Assembly (NCBI RefSeq): GCF_002571385.2 | Contig: NW_019217983.1 | Span: forward strand, 94,709-158,708 | DNA length: 64,000 nt | Origin: Stylophora pistillata | Taxonomy: Eukaryota | Direction of reading: 5' to 3' | Shown: positions 39,101-59,282 of the stretch, piece after piece | Position numbering within the stretch: the first letter of the stretch is position 1 | Layout: every line of letters starts with the position of its first letter | Program-made: the position numbers and the translations under genes | Notes under the pieces: generated by a model | Seen by the model: the letters and a program-made list of their open reading frames with translations, nothing else | Database searches by the model: none | Told to the model about the DNA's origin: nothing

Positions 39101-39476
39101 ATCTCTGTGCAAAGGAGAATGCAACCTAACAGTCCTGTTCGTTAGCTCCAACGAAATCACTGACGATGGGATTGAGTTCGTCGAGAAAGCTCTGGCACAC
39201 AAGTCGTGCAGGCTCCAAGAGCTCTACCTTGGCCACAACCTCATCACTGACAAAGGAGTCAAGAGCCTGCTGCAGGCATTACCTACTGATCAAATAAACT
39301 TGAAAATTTTGTCGCTAGCCAACAATCCAATAACAGACACCGGTGTGAAAATGTTGGCCAACGCTCTAAGGAACTCAAGCTGTAACCTGCACCGACTTTT
39401 TATAAGTCTAGGACGCTCTCAGATTGCTGAAACAAAACGCTCAAAGCTGCAAGTGCGCTACGTCAATGCATTTTAA
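36147..39476 (+). CDS. Intronless NLR: connexin-like 4TM domain, NACHT, ribonuclease-inhibitor-type LRRs (about 1109 aa from the first in-frame ATG)
   Basis: Four hydrophobic segments at 36204-36842. Walker A GPPGIGKT (37224-37247), Walker B VLFIFDGLNE (37449-37478), sensor-1 IIVTSRP, CRLP (GxP equivalent), WHD FSCLSLQEYFAA, and about 9 LRRs of roughly 28 aa (e.g. LGLRGNDISSEGAKYLA). Confidence 0.93.
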   Translation: MEIFNHIRIPLPESFESPSLTRAGKFQRGLLTSVLCILPVLQGVAWHRNGKSVFSGFRCDVRDGDLDVDEQKDLTSRHVEDYSNKFGGVSQGMFIIFILLSLSIIHLYMSYVSERFNTWFKLRTRKQRGKILAELKISTAVFRAHVLQLATKLASSAIFIVYNCLTHSIVLPLRKEYQIQWTPSSLLKRSSISTSIICYADQAFLSSIFNIALLTFVTFCGILNLTELIYTWRETRAFERTSDYYFCMFLLRHNSVTEATAMQIEKELFLEEQRNKILRGKRPENRHPLIKSWSSLVHSIPRKIFISQQKLKFKGIKKQKQKQELFRTFSRTKKIPVTSLLDLLKPGRDAQNPKRILLTGPPGIGKTELVAQIVEEFNAVESGLCNLNFVFVFNFKELNLVNEWITLQAFLNLSRFNSDISDVVYRQIVGNPEEVLFIFDGLNEWSLRSKVEYSSGTDENGLVMSSASLALKLISGELLSGSTIIVTSRPTSSLSEIGEMVTFDRRAELACFKPEDLNTCIQAFFQNNEELCTFVKKRIFSDNTLEVACRLPQNCRLFCLYVDFLASKRTIKEIDSLKLPTTTTELFERMIDTVTTVESDESNHKIFPSGHYDFSKDSQEVLEKLSCLALEGITNERYVFRKEDFAQVELSAFEVEILEEAGLLCRLRGVKPNMYCFSCLSLQEYFAASRIVQSSTTGDFRDFLEKANENQCATLQFVAGLCKDGQKGKSTFVCLMQHLTQSIKLNNHFVDEPVVDNQAIAFLCKCIYENPTKLGHPFAKEATSSISPSKPIVFTEMGTNPLEIQAILFCLREANGCNAKKVIFESNSMEDAGFRQVAASICQKSCKMDQVSLTNSGVTDGAMLSFLESTASQSFLGIRILGLRGNDISSEGAKYLACVLFNDWCPLEELHLGNNRIGDLGVEYFSEALCCGSSKIHTLDLSSNGITHNGAFHLSRALSSPICNVKRLYLQQNRILDFGMQDLCESLCKGECNLTVLFVSSNEITDDGIEFVEKALAHKSCRLQELYLGHNLITDKGVKSLLQALPTDQINLKILSLANNPITDTGVKMLANALRNSSCNLHRLFISLGRSQIAETKRSKLQVRYVNAF

Positions 39477-40170
39477 TCGCTCAAAAGAGGACCAGTAATA
39501 GCTTTAGAGAATTAAAACAGTATTCATCCAGGAAGCGAGAGAGAGATTTCCTTGCCGGCTGCTTTTGTCGTCATGAACTGGACACATCTGCGCTTTCTGA
39601 TTGTAAAAGTTGATGGGTTAGGGATAGGTTCTATTTTAAACATTTACATGCTAACAAAGAGCTCTGTTTTTTTTTTTTAAGAATTTACATGCTAGCAACT
39701 CACAATTTTCAAAGCAGAAGTTTTGGTTTCAACAAGGCCTACTAAACTTTCGCTGATTTAGAAGACAGGTCGCTAAATAAAGAAGAAACTTACCATTCAA
39801 TCACTTTTAATTTCCGACTAACAACTTTGCAATTACGTACCACGTGCCAATAAAGAAAGCTGGTGTTAGAAAATTTTGCACATGTCTCTCTTTATCCAGG
39901 ACCAAGGCGGCGTTTCCATTTAAAATAAATTGAAATGGCTGTTATCAATACGCAAACTTTTCATCTGTTTTATGTTAGCAATAAAAAAGGTGTCTTTCAA
40001 ATTTAGTGAGGACGTGTCCTTGGAAAGGCACCGTCATGATGTCATAATTGGTTACGTCCTAAGGAGTGTTTTGAACCTTTACACCCCAAAATCAGTATGC
40101 ACATTCTCCATACTGTTCTCTTTAGCAAATTAGAAGACAGAAAAAAAGATTCTTTGTTTAAAGAACTCAC

Positions 40171-42044
40171 CCACGACAAGGACTTCAATTTCAACAGAGT
40201 CTTCAGTTTCTGTGGGTCTCCCCTCCTTCCAAACCGCTCTACATGTGTAATTTCCAGCGTCGTTCCTCCCCACCCTGGTGATATTTATTGAGCCACTATA
40301 TGGATCCAAGACTTTCCCGTCCGTGGGAAGAATCAAATCCTTGCCATCTTTTGTCCAATGATATTTCAGAGGTGGGTATGCGGACAGCTCCAGTTGTATA
40401 GTACCATTTTGGCCGTGGATCAGTCGCTGAGGGGTTTTGATGCCATGGCTTGCAACTAGTAAACGGTTACATTAACAACGTTTACAGAAGGAAAATATGG
40501 TGTGACGTTTACAAGCCTTTAACCCTCTGACTCCCGTGATCTGATTAATAATACTCTTTTCTACCCGCATACAATTATTACGAGCTTAGTTCGGAGAATG
40601 TGCCAGTAGATCAACTAGTAATCACCTGATTATTCTCATCACTTGTCTGCTCGATTTTAAACTGATATCGTAAGGAGAAATTCTCGTTTGGTCACTTTTG
40701 GGAAATAAGGTTCGACTTAGTCATTAGCAATAAGAGCGCTTTTCTGAAACACGATGCAAAGTGTTCGCACTATTATTGATTCATTGACTCACCGCAACAG
40801 AATATAGTTGTTCACTGATGTTCACTGCTTTTCATTTATTTTCTCCGGCAAACCGTTAAGAAGGTTTTTGTTTTCCTCCATTAACTGCCATGGTTTATAT
40901 ATGGTATATATATCAGTTAACCATTTACCTTCAGGTCTATTCGAGTAAGCGCATGCAACGTGATATTTGGGCTTGCGCAGTGTGATTTTGTGAGCCGCAG
41001 TAAGACACGATGCAATTGTGTGTTTGATTTCGCGTCTCACATTAGCCACAGCTGACTAAAGACACACCCTTGTCTTACAAGACACACCTAAAGACACACC
41101 CTTGTCTTACAAGACACACCTAAACCCCTTGTCTTACAAGAGGTGCGTCTTGTGTAAACAGTAACTTGTGCTAGAGTGACAGGTTTAAAGCACCATTTAT
41201 ACCATCATTTTGCGTCTTGGGAAAAACGCGCTTTGCGCCCTTAGGGGTCCAGTTACTATGTATCTCAAAAAAGTTCCAAGTACTTTTACCCACAGTCTCT
41301 TAATCAGGAGCGATGTGTAGCTGATCTACACCTATTTAAAGTATATGAAACCCTTTATCTTTATTAACACTTACAATCGACCTCCAGGGTGAAGCTCTTT
41401 GATTGCTCAGATCCCTTGCATGTGTAATTACCACCATCCTCAACTACGACGTCTTGTATCACTAGAGTGTAATAGTAGTCTGTATCATTTTCCAACCGTA
41501 ATCTACCATACTTCTGTAGGTCCTGCGTAATGTTAATGCTGGAGGGTGTCTCCCAGGCAATAAAATGCTCACCCTCTACTTTACATTTGATCCTTATCGT
41601 GCGCAATTGCTGAGCAGTCCTGGTTTGAAATGGAAGATTTATCTCAGCGCCTATGAAAGGAACGTGACATTTGTATCTGGAAAGCAGTCACTAAATGATA
41701 TATTTTATTGTATGTATCCGTTAAAACAGTTGGAAATGTTTTTTATTTTGATTGAAGGCAAGCTGGGCATGAAAACATTATTGCTAAAATGTCTAAAAAA
41801 CATAGCTTGTGAGTTTGCGTTAAATTGCAGTACATGTATCCCCCCCCCTTATCATTTCGTTTCCCAAAAAGCATATTTGTAAACACGAAACTGAATCAGA
41901 TATACAGATATTATTTTCCAGCGGTTGAAAAACTTCATTCTTAGCAGTTTTTTCGAACAACTATATTTCATCTTACTCACCACATTGGTGTAAATTTATT
42001 GCCACCGTAAACAAGGTAAAGATCAGTTCGTTGACGAAACACAT
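40171..42044 (-). CDS. Signal peptide plus two Ig-like domains; 3' end not identified
   Basis: Exons 41981-42044 (MCFVNELIFTLFTVAINLHQC), 41375-41650 (IKC...W...LVIQDVVVEDGGNYTC) and 40171-40455 (WTKDG...INITRVGRNDAGNYTC). All introns are phase 1, as usual for Ig modules. The last exon ends in an open donor, GG|GTGAGT. Confidence 0.8.
40523..40710. mobile_element. TTAA-targeting (piggyBac-type) MITE
   Basis: TTAA|CCCTCTGACTCCC...GGTCACTTTTGGGAAATAAGG; related to 62321-62522. Confidence 0.6.
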
Positions 42045-43009
42045 GCTATATGCTGGCAATATACCATAGGTCTCGACAGCTCTTCAAGAAAACATCACCC
42101 TGACGAAAAAACACATAGACAAGTTATTGAAAGGTCGGCAGATAGTCAGGTCATTCTGACAATGTGACACGACCATGGTGCCCTACAAGAAAACTTCTCT
42201 ATGGTGAAAAGTACCGATTTGAGTTATGGAACGCCGGGCTGTCAGACCTGGCAGTGAGTCAGTGGGCTACGGTGAGTCCGTGTTTCAGTCAAACAATCAA
42301 GTTTCGGTCCACGTTTCAGTTTATGACCGTGAAATATTAGAGAGAAAACTGCACTCATCATGGGGGTGGGGGTGGGGGATTATTAGAGAGAAGCGTGATA
42401 TCAGATCACTGTCTATAAATTGGGATCTCAGTCCTTAAATAAACTTTGTTTTTAAAGTTGTACTTATAACCTGAAAAAGTTCAAATAGCCCAGAATCAGC
42501 AATACCAAAGAAATACAGGAATAAAAGCGTAAAAAAGAAAGGATCAGTTCAGTCAATTCTTCCATTGTAAAACGAACCCTCAAGAAACGCTTACCAACCT
42601 TGCACCAACGCGCGAACTTCACACCTGTTACTAAGCAACGCCCCCCTTTGTATCGCGGGCTCATCAAACTCAGAGAAAGTCTGACTCTCGATCCTATCTT
42701 TTTTTTTTATTAAGAAAGATGATTATTTTCCATGAGATTCGCGACAAATCATCGCTATAAGAAACTAGAAATAGATCTTGAACTACATTCCCAAGGTTTG
42801 GGAATAGTTCTCGAGCTTAGACCAACTTTTTGCGCAGAAAGCTCGTATTTTTGAGAGAAATAGCATAGTTTGGATAGGGAAATTTTTTGGAAGTATTATT
42901 TATTCGGCATATGCTAGTTTTATTTTTAATCAGTCTCAGTTTCAGACTTTGAATGGCTAGAGTACATCCGGCCTACTGAGATGTGTCACAAATGGGCTTA
43001 ATTAAAAAG

Positions 43010-43195
43010 ATAATTTGAATATATCAACAAAGTTGAAATGGTAAATTGGTCACCTCCGACGAAGGGCTAACGCTCGAAACGTCAGCTTTTATAATCGTAG
43101 CGGTGGCCAATTTACCATTTCAACTTTGTTGATATATTCAAATTATTTCGTTACCCCCACCGACGCAGCCCCAAACAGTTTCTTTAGAAACTATC
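43010..43195 (+). mobile_element. Penelope-like element terminus with 5' inversion and minimal hammerhead ribozyme relic
   Basis: A 45-bp inverted repeat (43010-43054 / 43102-43146) encloses CCGACGA-AGGGCTAACGCTC-GAAA-CGTC. The tail is CCCACCGACGCAGC...CAGTTTCTTTAGAAAC. Confidence 0.7.
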
Positions 43196-46100
43196 AGCCT
43201 TCATTAAATAAAAAGAAGCTTTATGTCTGCGAATAAGCAAAGGGAAAGTTGCTACGGCAATAAACGTGTCAAATGTAAACATCGAATGGAAGATTTTAAC
43301 AGACGTATTCTACTGCCGAGTTTCATATAATATTCAAAAGAACACTACACAATTTTGGTTGGACTTTTCGTCTTATTTTTAAATTTGGAATAGCAATCAA
43401 TCGACCTCTGAGCTGCAGTCCTCAGTTTACTTCAAACTGTTGAAACTGGTAGCCATTTGCCTTTTTCTTGTCGGAAAATTGTATCATGGTCGATGCTGCC
43501 TTTTGTTTCGATGACGCTCTAATACATATCTGATTACAGGTAAAAACTTTTATTCGCTATATCCATTACAGTGTAACTTTCCTTTCTGGATTTGTTTAAA
43601 ATCAGATCTATAAAGTTTTGATAAATAACCGCTCGAATCTTTACTCACCATAACACAATAGTTGGCTGTACATATTGCAATCGTCTGTCCATGGTTAAAC
43701 CTGGCAACCATACACAGCTGGAAATGGAAGAACTAATCACGATTTGCCGATGTCATAAAATATCCCATGATAAAAAAAACCAGCTCAGAACAACGATGCA
43801 ATTCAAAGCATGATCAAATGACAATGTCTGTACCTCGACTGCTAAAACTGCAGCAGGCTTTGTGTAAACAAACATCACGCTCACGTCATTTAGTTTCACA
43901 TCACGAGTCATCCACCTGGGTACATTCTGTCAGTAAGCTAACAAGTCGATGTGGATTGCCCTCGTTGGATATTAAAAACATTTCCCGGTTGAAGTAAATT
44001 AGCTGAATAAATATTGGCAATTTTTTCGTTGAAAGGAATCAGTTCTCGCGCTGCCAATAAGGTCCGAGCAGAGGGCTGGGGCCTGCGTGGTAGACTCATT
44101 TCTAGTTTCTACTGTTTGAGTAAAAGTAATTCAGTGGAATTTCGCAAGAAGAAACAGATAGCCTACAACCGCACGGTACATTAAAAGCTCAACCTCATCG
44201 ATAATCCGTGGTATAACTTGTTGATTGCTATCTTTTCCTACCTTATTTACTCCTGCTCTTTCTCTCTCGTTGTAAAGGCGAGATGAATTACCTGAGGAAA
44301 AGCGCGGAGGCGTTGCCAATTGTAAAGACATTTATAACAAAACGACTGACATAATATGCAATGTTTGCGTTTCAATTGCACGTCGGCCTGCTGAAGCCAA
44401 ACCGTAACACCACAAAGAAACAAAAAAACTAAACAAAGGAAAGAAAAAACAAAAACAAAAACAAACAAAAAAGAAACAAATACACTACACACGTTTCCCA
44501 CCAATAAAAAATAAGTTTATTGAACATTGTCGGCCTTCCCCAATGGCCTCCAAATCAATCAATGCTCTGTATTTACAAAGAACACCATTGATAAAACGGT
44601 CGTACCAAGACTCCAATATTGAATAAAATATACTTTTTACACTTGCTGCACACAAATCGTCGCCTCAAGAGCTCTGTCACAGGGCGGAAAGAGACTTCCT
44701 AATGGAAGAAAAATTTATAAAAGGCAATATCTGATTGAAAAAAGTGAATCAAAGGTCCCTGTGACCGAGCCTTCAGGTTGAATCTGCGTACATAATTAAG
44801 TTATTGTTTATAAATAACATTAGGTTTTTTTTGTATCAATACCCAACCTATAAGAGTCAACTTTCCCTACATTAGAAACATTACTCGATAAAAATGTGTG
44901 TTAAGATTGTTTAAGGTTTAGCTTCTCCTAAAAGCACTGAGCTTTGACAAGGATCGAAGAAACAATACTTCAGTGTATCGTTTATAATAATTACTATCTT
45001 AAAATATCAGCGAATTTCTTTGAAAAAATAACTACCGCCAGGAAGCTGTTTTGTTTAAGGCAAAAGGTAAACAATTATCCAACTATTTACGGATGGTATC
45101 AATACTGTAATATTCTGACTCTTGCAACATGACCGACCAACGCGAATCGTAATAGCTAGTTGATAATTCCACCCCACACATGTGAAAACCTGAGTACATT
45201 TATCACCCGAGTAACCTCAATAAAAACAAGACCAGTCATACTCTTCAAATTACATTCAATTCTTATGAAGAACAAAGTACTTGCTCCAATACTGATCTGA
45301 CAATTAAAAATCAAGGTACCTTACAATTTTTTTCATAATTAAAGTACTGTACGTTATTCTTAAATTGTTTCATCGCTTCCCAACACCAGAAAAGTTAAAT
45401 GTACCTTTTAACAACATCAATTGAAAACACTATACCAATCAAAACTTGCAATTGAAAACTCTATAGGGGCAACACTTCTTCTGGACTTCGATTGTCCTAT
45501 ATGACTGAGACAACAAATTGCACCTGCAGTACCGACAAATTTACTTCACCGGGAACGTCGATGAAATACAGAATTCGTCAGTGGCAGTCAAATTTTTGGA
45601 GAATCAAAAGCAATAAAATCAGTAAACATATTTAAAGGTATATTCCAAGCTCGAGTTCTTTTTTAAAAAAAAAATACATGAAATATGGTTCTGCTAATTG
45701 ATCACCCAATTCTAAATATATTGCAATCATCAATCTTCTCGAAAAATACTGAAATTATTTTAAGATTGTCTGAGTTCTAATCATAATTCAAGGTTCAACG
45801 TTTTCTATTCGGTCACAATCGCAAACATATTTGGCTTTTTAATGCTTACCCTTATTACTCGTGTAATTTCAGATACACTCACTTGGCGGAAAAATCGATT
45901 TTAACGTACATGCCCTCTTGTGCATAATATAAATAACTGACTTGCTTAATGACGCATGATTTAAAATACTAGTATACATTGAAAAGCTCACAGCTTTGTA
46001 GCCGTAGTTATTACTTCACTTTTCTACGACAAGAACTTCACCCCTCTAATATCATAAATTAATGAGCACACTTGGTTTTAAAATATTAAACACATCTATA

Positions 46101-46294
46101 TGCAATGACAGCATACATCAATAACTTAAAAATCAAACCCGCTAGTAAGATTTTTTGCATTTATATAATATTTGCTTGTTCCCAATATCCCACACTATTT
46201 GTACCTGAACAGAAACATGACATTTCACTGCTCTTTAGCTACAATCACAAACTTCTTTTTCTTTCTTTTCGTCTTTTCTTTTTTTTGTATTGAA

Positions 46295-56277
<9,983 letters not shown>

Positions 56278-57544
56278 CTAAAAGCCATTAAACCACAACG
56301 AATGTGTCTTGATCATCAGAAAGTAAATCAATTCACAGGGATTTCACCACGATTGCTTTTCTCGTAATGAATAACTATGTTCGCCTTCAATGTCTTCCAT
56401 ATGCTATTAGCTTCTTGATTCCCAGCTTAGAATACAATCCTTTGAAAAGTAACTAAACAAGTGGCAGTAAGTTAAATTTTTCTGGCGATGTTTGTGTTAC
56501 CCAATAAAATCGGCTGGGTTCTTTCAGAGATTTCCTTCAGATAGCGCGCGCAGCCAGCAACAGTAAACCATATTTGTAGTCCAAATCAGCGGGTTTGACA
56601 GGAAGAATTCCATGATTATCTGGCTGAGTTGCAAAGTAAGTGTACAGGGCTTCCAGCGAAGTTAAACCGTCCTTTTGGAGTCCAATACAATATGATAATA
56701 TTGCTACGATGGGTCTTCAGTCGTTTACAAACTATGATAAAACGAGAAACGATAAAGATGCCCTCGCAAATGAATCAAAAGCGATCCCTGAGACTAAAAG
56801 GAAACTCAATCTTCAAAATATTTTCTCGATGAGATGTTGCTACTGATGGCTTCAATTCTTTGTTTTTGTAAACGTTAAGCACCAGTGTTCACTTCCCTTG
56901 AATCGTGAAACTTTACAAATGGTCTACCAGTTTATCATATGTAATATTTAAGCAATCTTCATAAATAGTTGATAGTTTGCTTCCATTGCGAGTTCAGTTC
57001 TCTTGATAGTCTTCAGTACTGCTAAAACACTGTCCCCGTTAACAATCCTTCCCTCGATCCTATTATTTGCTTCTTCAGAGGAAATCGCGGCCAGAAATGG
57101 TTTTAATCCGCGAAGAGATTTCTATTCCGAGAAGCAACAAAAGTGAAATCGATTGTTTTGTTAAAAAATATTCTTGTTGTTCGACTACCAACCGAAGTTG
57201 CCTTGAAAAATGAATGAAAACAATTCCGTCTTTTGTGTAATTTGAGGTAAAAAAAATTGTCGAAGGCTCCTGTTGAACTAAGCAGCACGACAACACAGTA
57301 AATAGTCCACAAACAACGAAGATTTCGACGAGGCCAGGAAAGTGCGACAACAACAAATTTGATACGTTAACAAAACAGACCTGTGAAATCTTTAGAAGTT
57401 TCAATTTCCAGTTTCATCCTCGAAGTCGTAGATCGAAAAGAAGCAGATTTCCTTCAGATCGGTACAAAATCTCCTACATCAAGCAAAATCCATTACGTCC
57501 TCAATGCGCTCAATGCATGGCTATGAGATTGTTAGCATAGGGAA

Positions 57545-57632
57545 GCGCGCGCCATGTTTGCTACTATGACGTATACTGATGTTTGCTTGTGACCAATCAG
57601 AGACTGATAGCTAAGTTTTGGTCAATGACGTT
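57545..57632 (-). promoter_or_regulatory. Probable HIPK core promoter
   Basis: A YY1-like CAAACATGGCG (- strand), CRE-like TGACGT twice and CCAAT are clustered about 1.3 kb upstream of the HIPK ATG. Confidence 0.45.
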
Positions 57633-59173
57633 ACAGATACGTCAAATAGTTGCCAGGATAAGATCTGTTGGGGAAGAAATTTCGCACAGAGTTAAACCTA
57701 AACGAAAAATTAAATAAAACTCGAGCTTTCGAAAAGAGCGAGGAAACGAAAAGCCTTCTTTCATCATCTAACGAAACATGATTGCAACCACAGAAAGGAA
57801 ACATTACAATGCTTAAAATTTTTGTCATGTCTAAGTGAAGAACATTTATGCGGCCGTAGGTGTTGACCAATAGCCGTTAGCGGTGGTACGGAGAAACCAA
57901 TACACATATATTCTGGAATATTTGAATTAGCAACAAGGTAAGACTCAATCGGCTGTTATCATGGATTCCAATTAATTTTCGCGCACATATTGCCAAAAAG
58001 CAAACAACAGCAGGCGAAAAAAATTTAAGTCGAAATTGCATAATTAGGTTTCATCCCAGAGGACATTTTTACAACTTTTTTTAAGACAGTTTTTATCAAA
58101 TTATCCAAGAATGTTCAAAAAGAAAGATATTAGCTGTTTTTTGTCAACACCTGGCATTGGACAATGAGATTCGTGTTATATTCGAGGATAATTCAGTTTG
58201 GTAGCTTTCGTCAGTTCGGTTCGGTTTTGCCATTTTCATGACCTCAAAGTAAACTGTTGTGTCAATTTTCGGCAGCTGCTTTGGGACAGACTAGAAAACA
58301 AAATGGCAAATTTTCAACCGAAAGTTGTTCATAAACCACAAGGTTTCCTGTCCGACTATTTGACGTAGATCTAAATGCACTTATCGATAGTCCTCAGGAG
58401 GTAGTTTTTCTTACCCGTAACATTTCCGGAAATTCGGAAATTCAGAGGTGTAAAGGAAAAAGGATCTTTGTTCTTTCTCCCATATATTAGAAAACTCAAT
58501 AGCGTCTCTTGTTCTCAGTAAGAAACAAAACCTAATAAAGGGCAGTGTTTTCACTTTCAGCCGCATATGCGCAGGCTCATTTCCCAAACAGCGGTTGGTA
58601 ATCGAGCCCAAGTTACATGAGAAGACCACACACGTCAGCAGACTTGGCAGAAGTTTGTTGTTCCCTCATAACATTCGTAAGGATCCCCGACCGGTTCAGT
58701 TCAATTGTCAGTAACCTTTGACTCACGAATTGATCAGTATGGAAATTCTCCTTTGAATATCGAGACTCTTCCGTGATGCAGACAGATTACGAGAATTAAG
58801 GGATTTATGCAAATACGACCATAGCTTCGCTACGTGATTAAGTTCATTGCACTTACCAGTAATAGTAGTAAATGGCCATAAGTTAGGAGAATTTGCCTTA
58901 GATCAGTTCGTTTGAGTTCAAGAATAAAAGGCCTTATCTGATGGGATACGCAACTTGACTCAGTTAAATGATGAAAAAAGAACTTAATTTTTAATATCTA
59001 GATCTTATCCTATATGTTAATTTATCTCATCCAAGGTTTCAGCAAAGGCTGGTCCACTATCGCCTGGTAGACTTCTCACCGCTGTCTGTTCTGCGATTGC
59101 TACGGAGCGGGATCTCGAGTTCGCTACGCTCATTGCATCATGGATAGCCAGTTAAAAAAAGTTATTGAAAGCC

Positions 59174-59282
59174 TTGTCTCCCTCGCAGCCGTTTTTAGTA
59201 TCGTCACGCAACGCTCCTCCCCACAATGTTTGTGGGGAGGAGCGTTGCGTGACGAGACTATAAACGGCTCCGTGGGAGACTA
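59174..59282. mobile_element. 109-bp fold-back MITE with 9-bp TSD TTGAAAGCC
   Basis: Termini TTGTCTCC...GGAGACTA, perfect core arms TCGTCACGCAACGCTCCTCCCCACAA and its reverse complement, TSD at 59165-59173 and 59283-59291. Confidence 0.85.

Noticed and set aside
40792-40830. Possible micro-exon between the Ig exons (donor GCG|GTGAGT)
   Set aside because: The acceptor is weak and purine-rich, and the resulting phase is incompatible with the flanking phase-1 exons.
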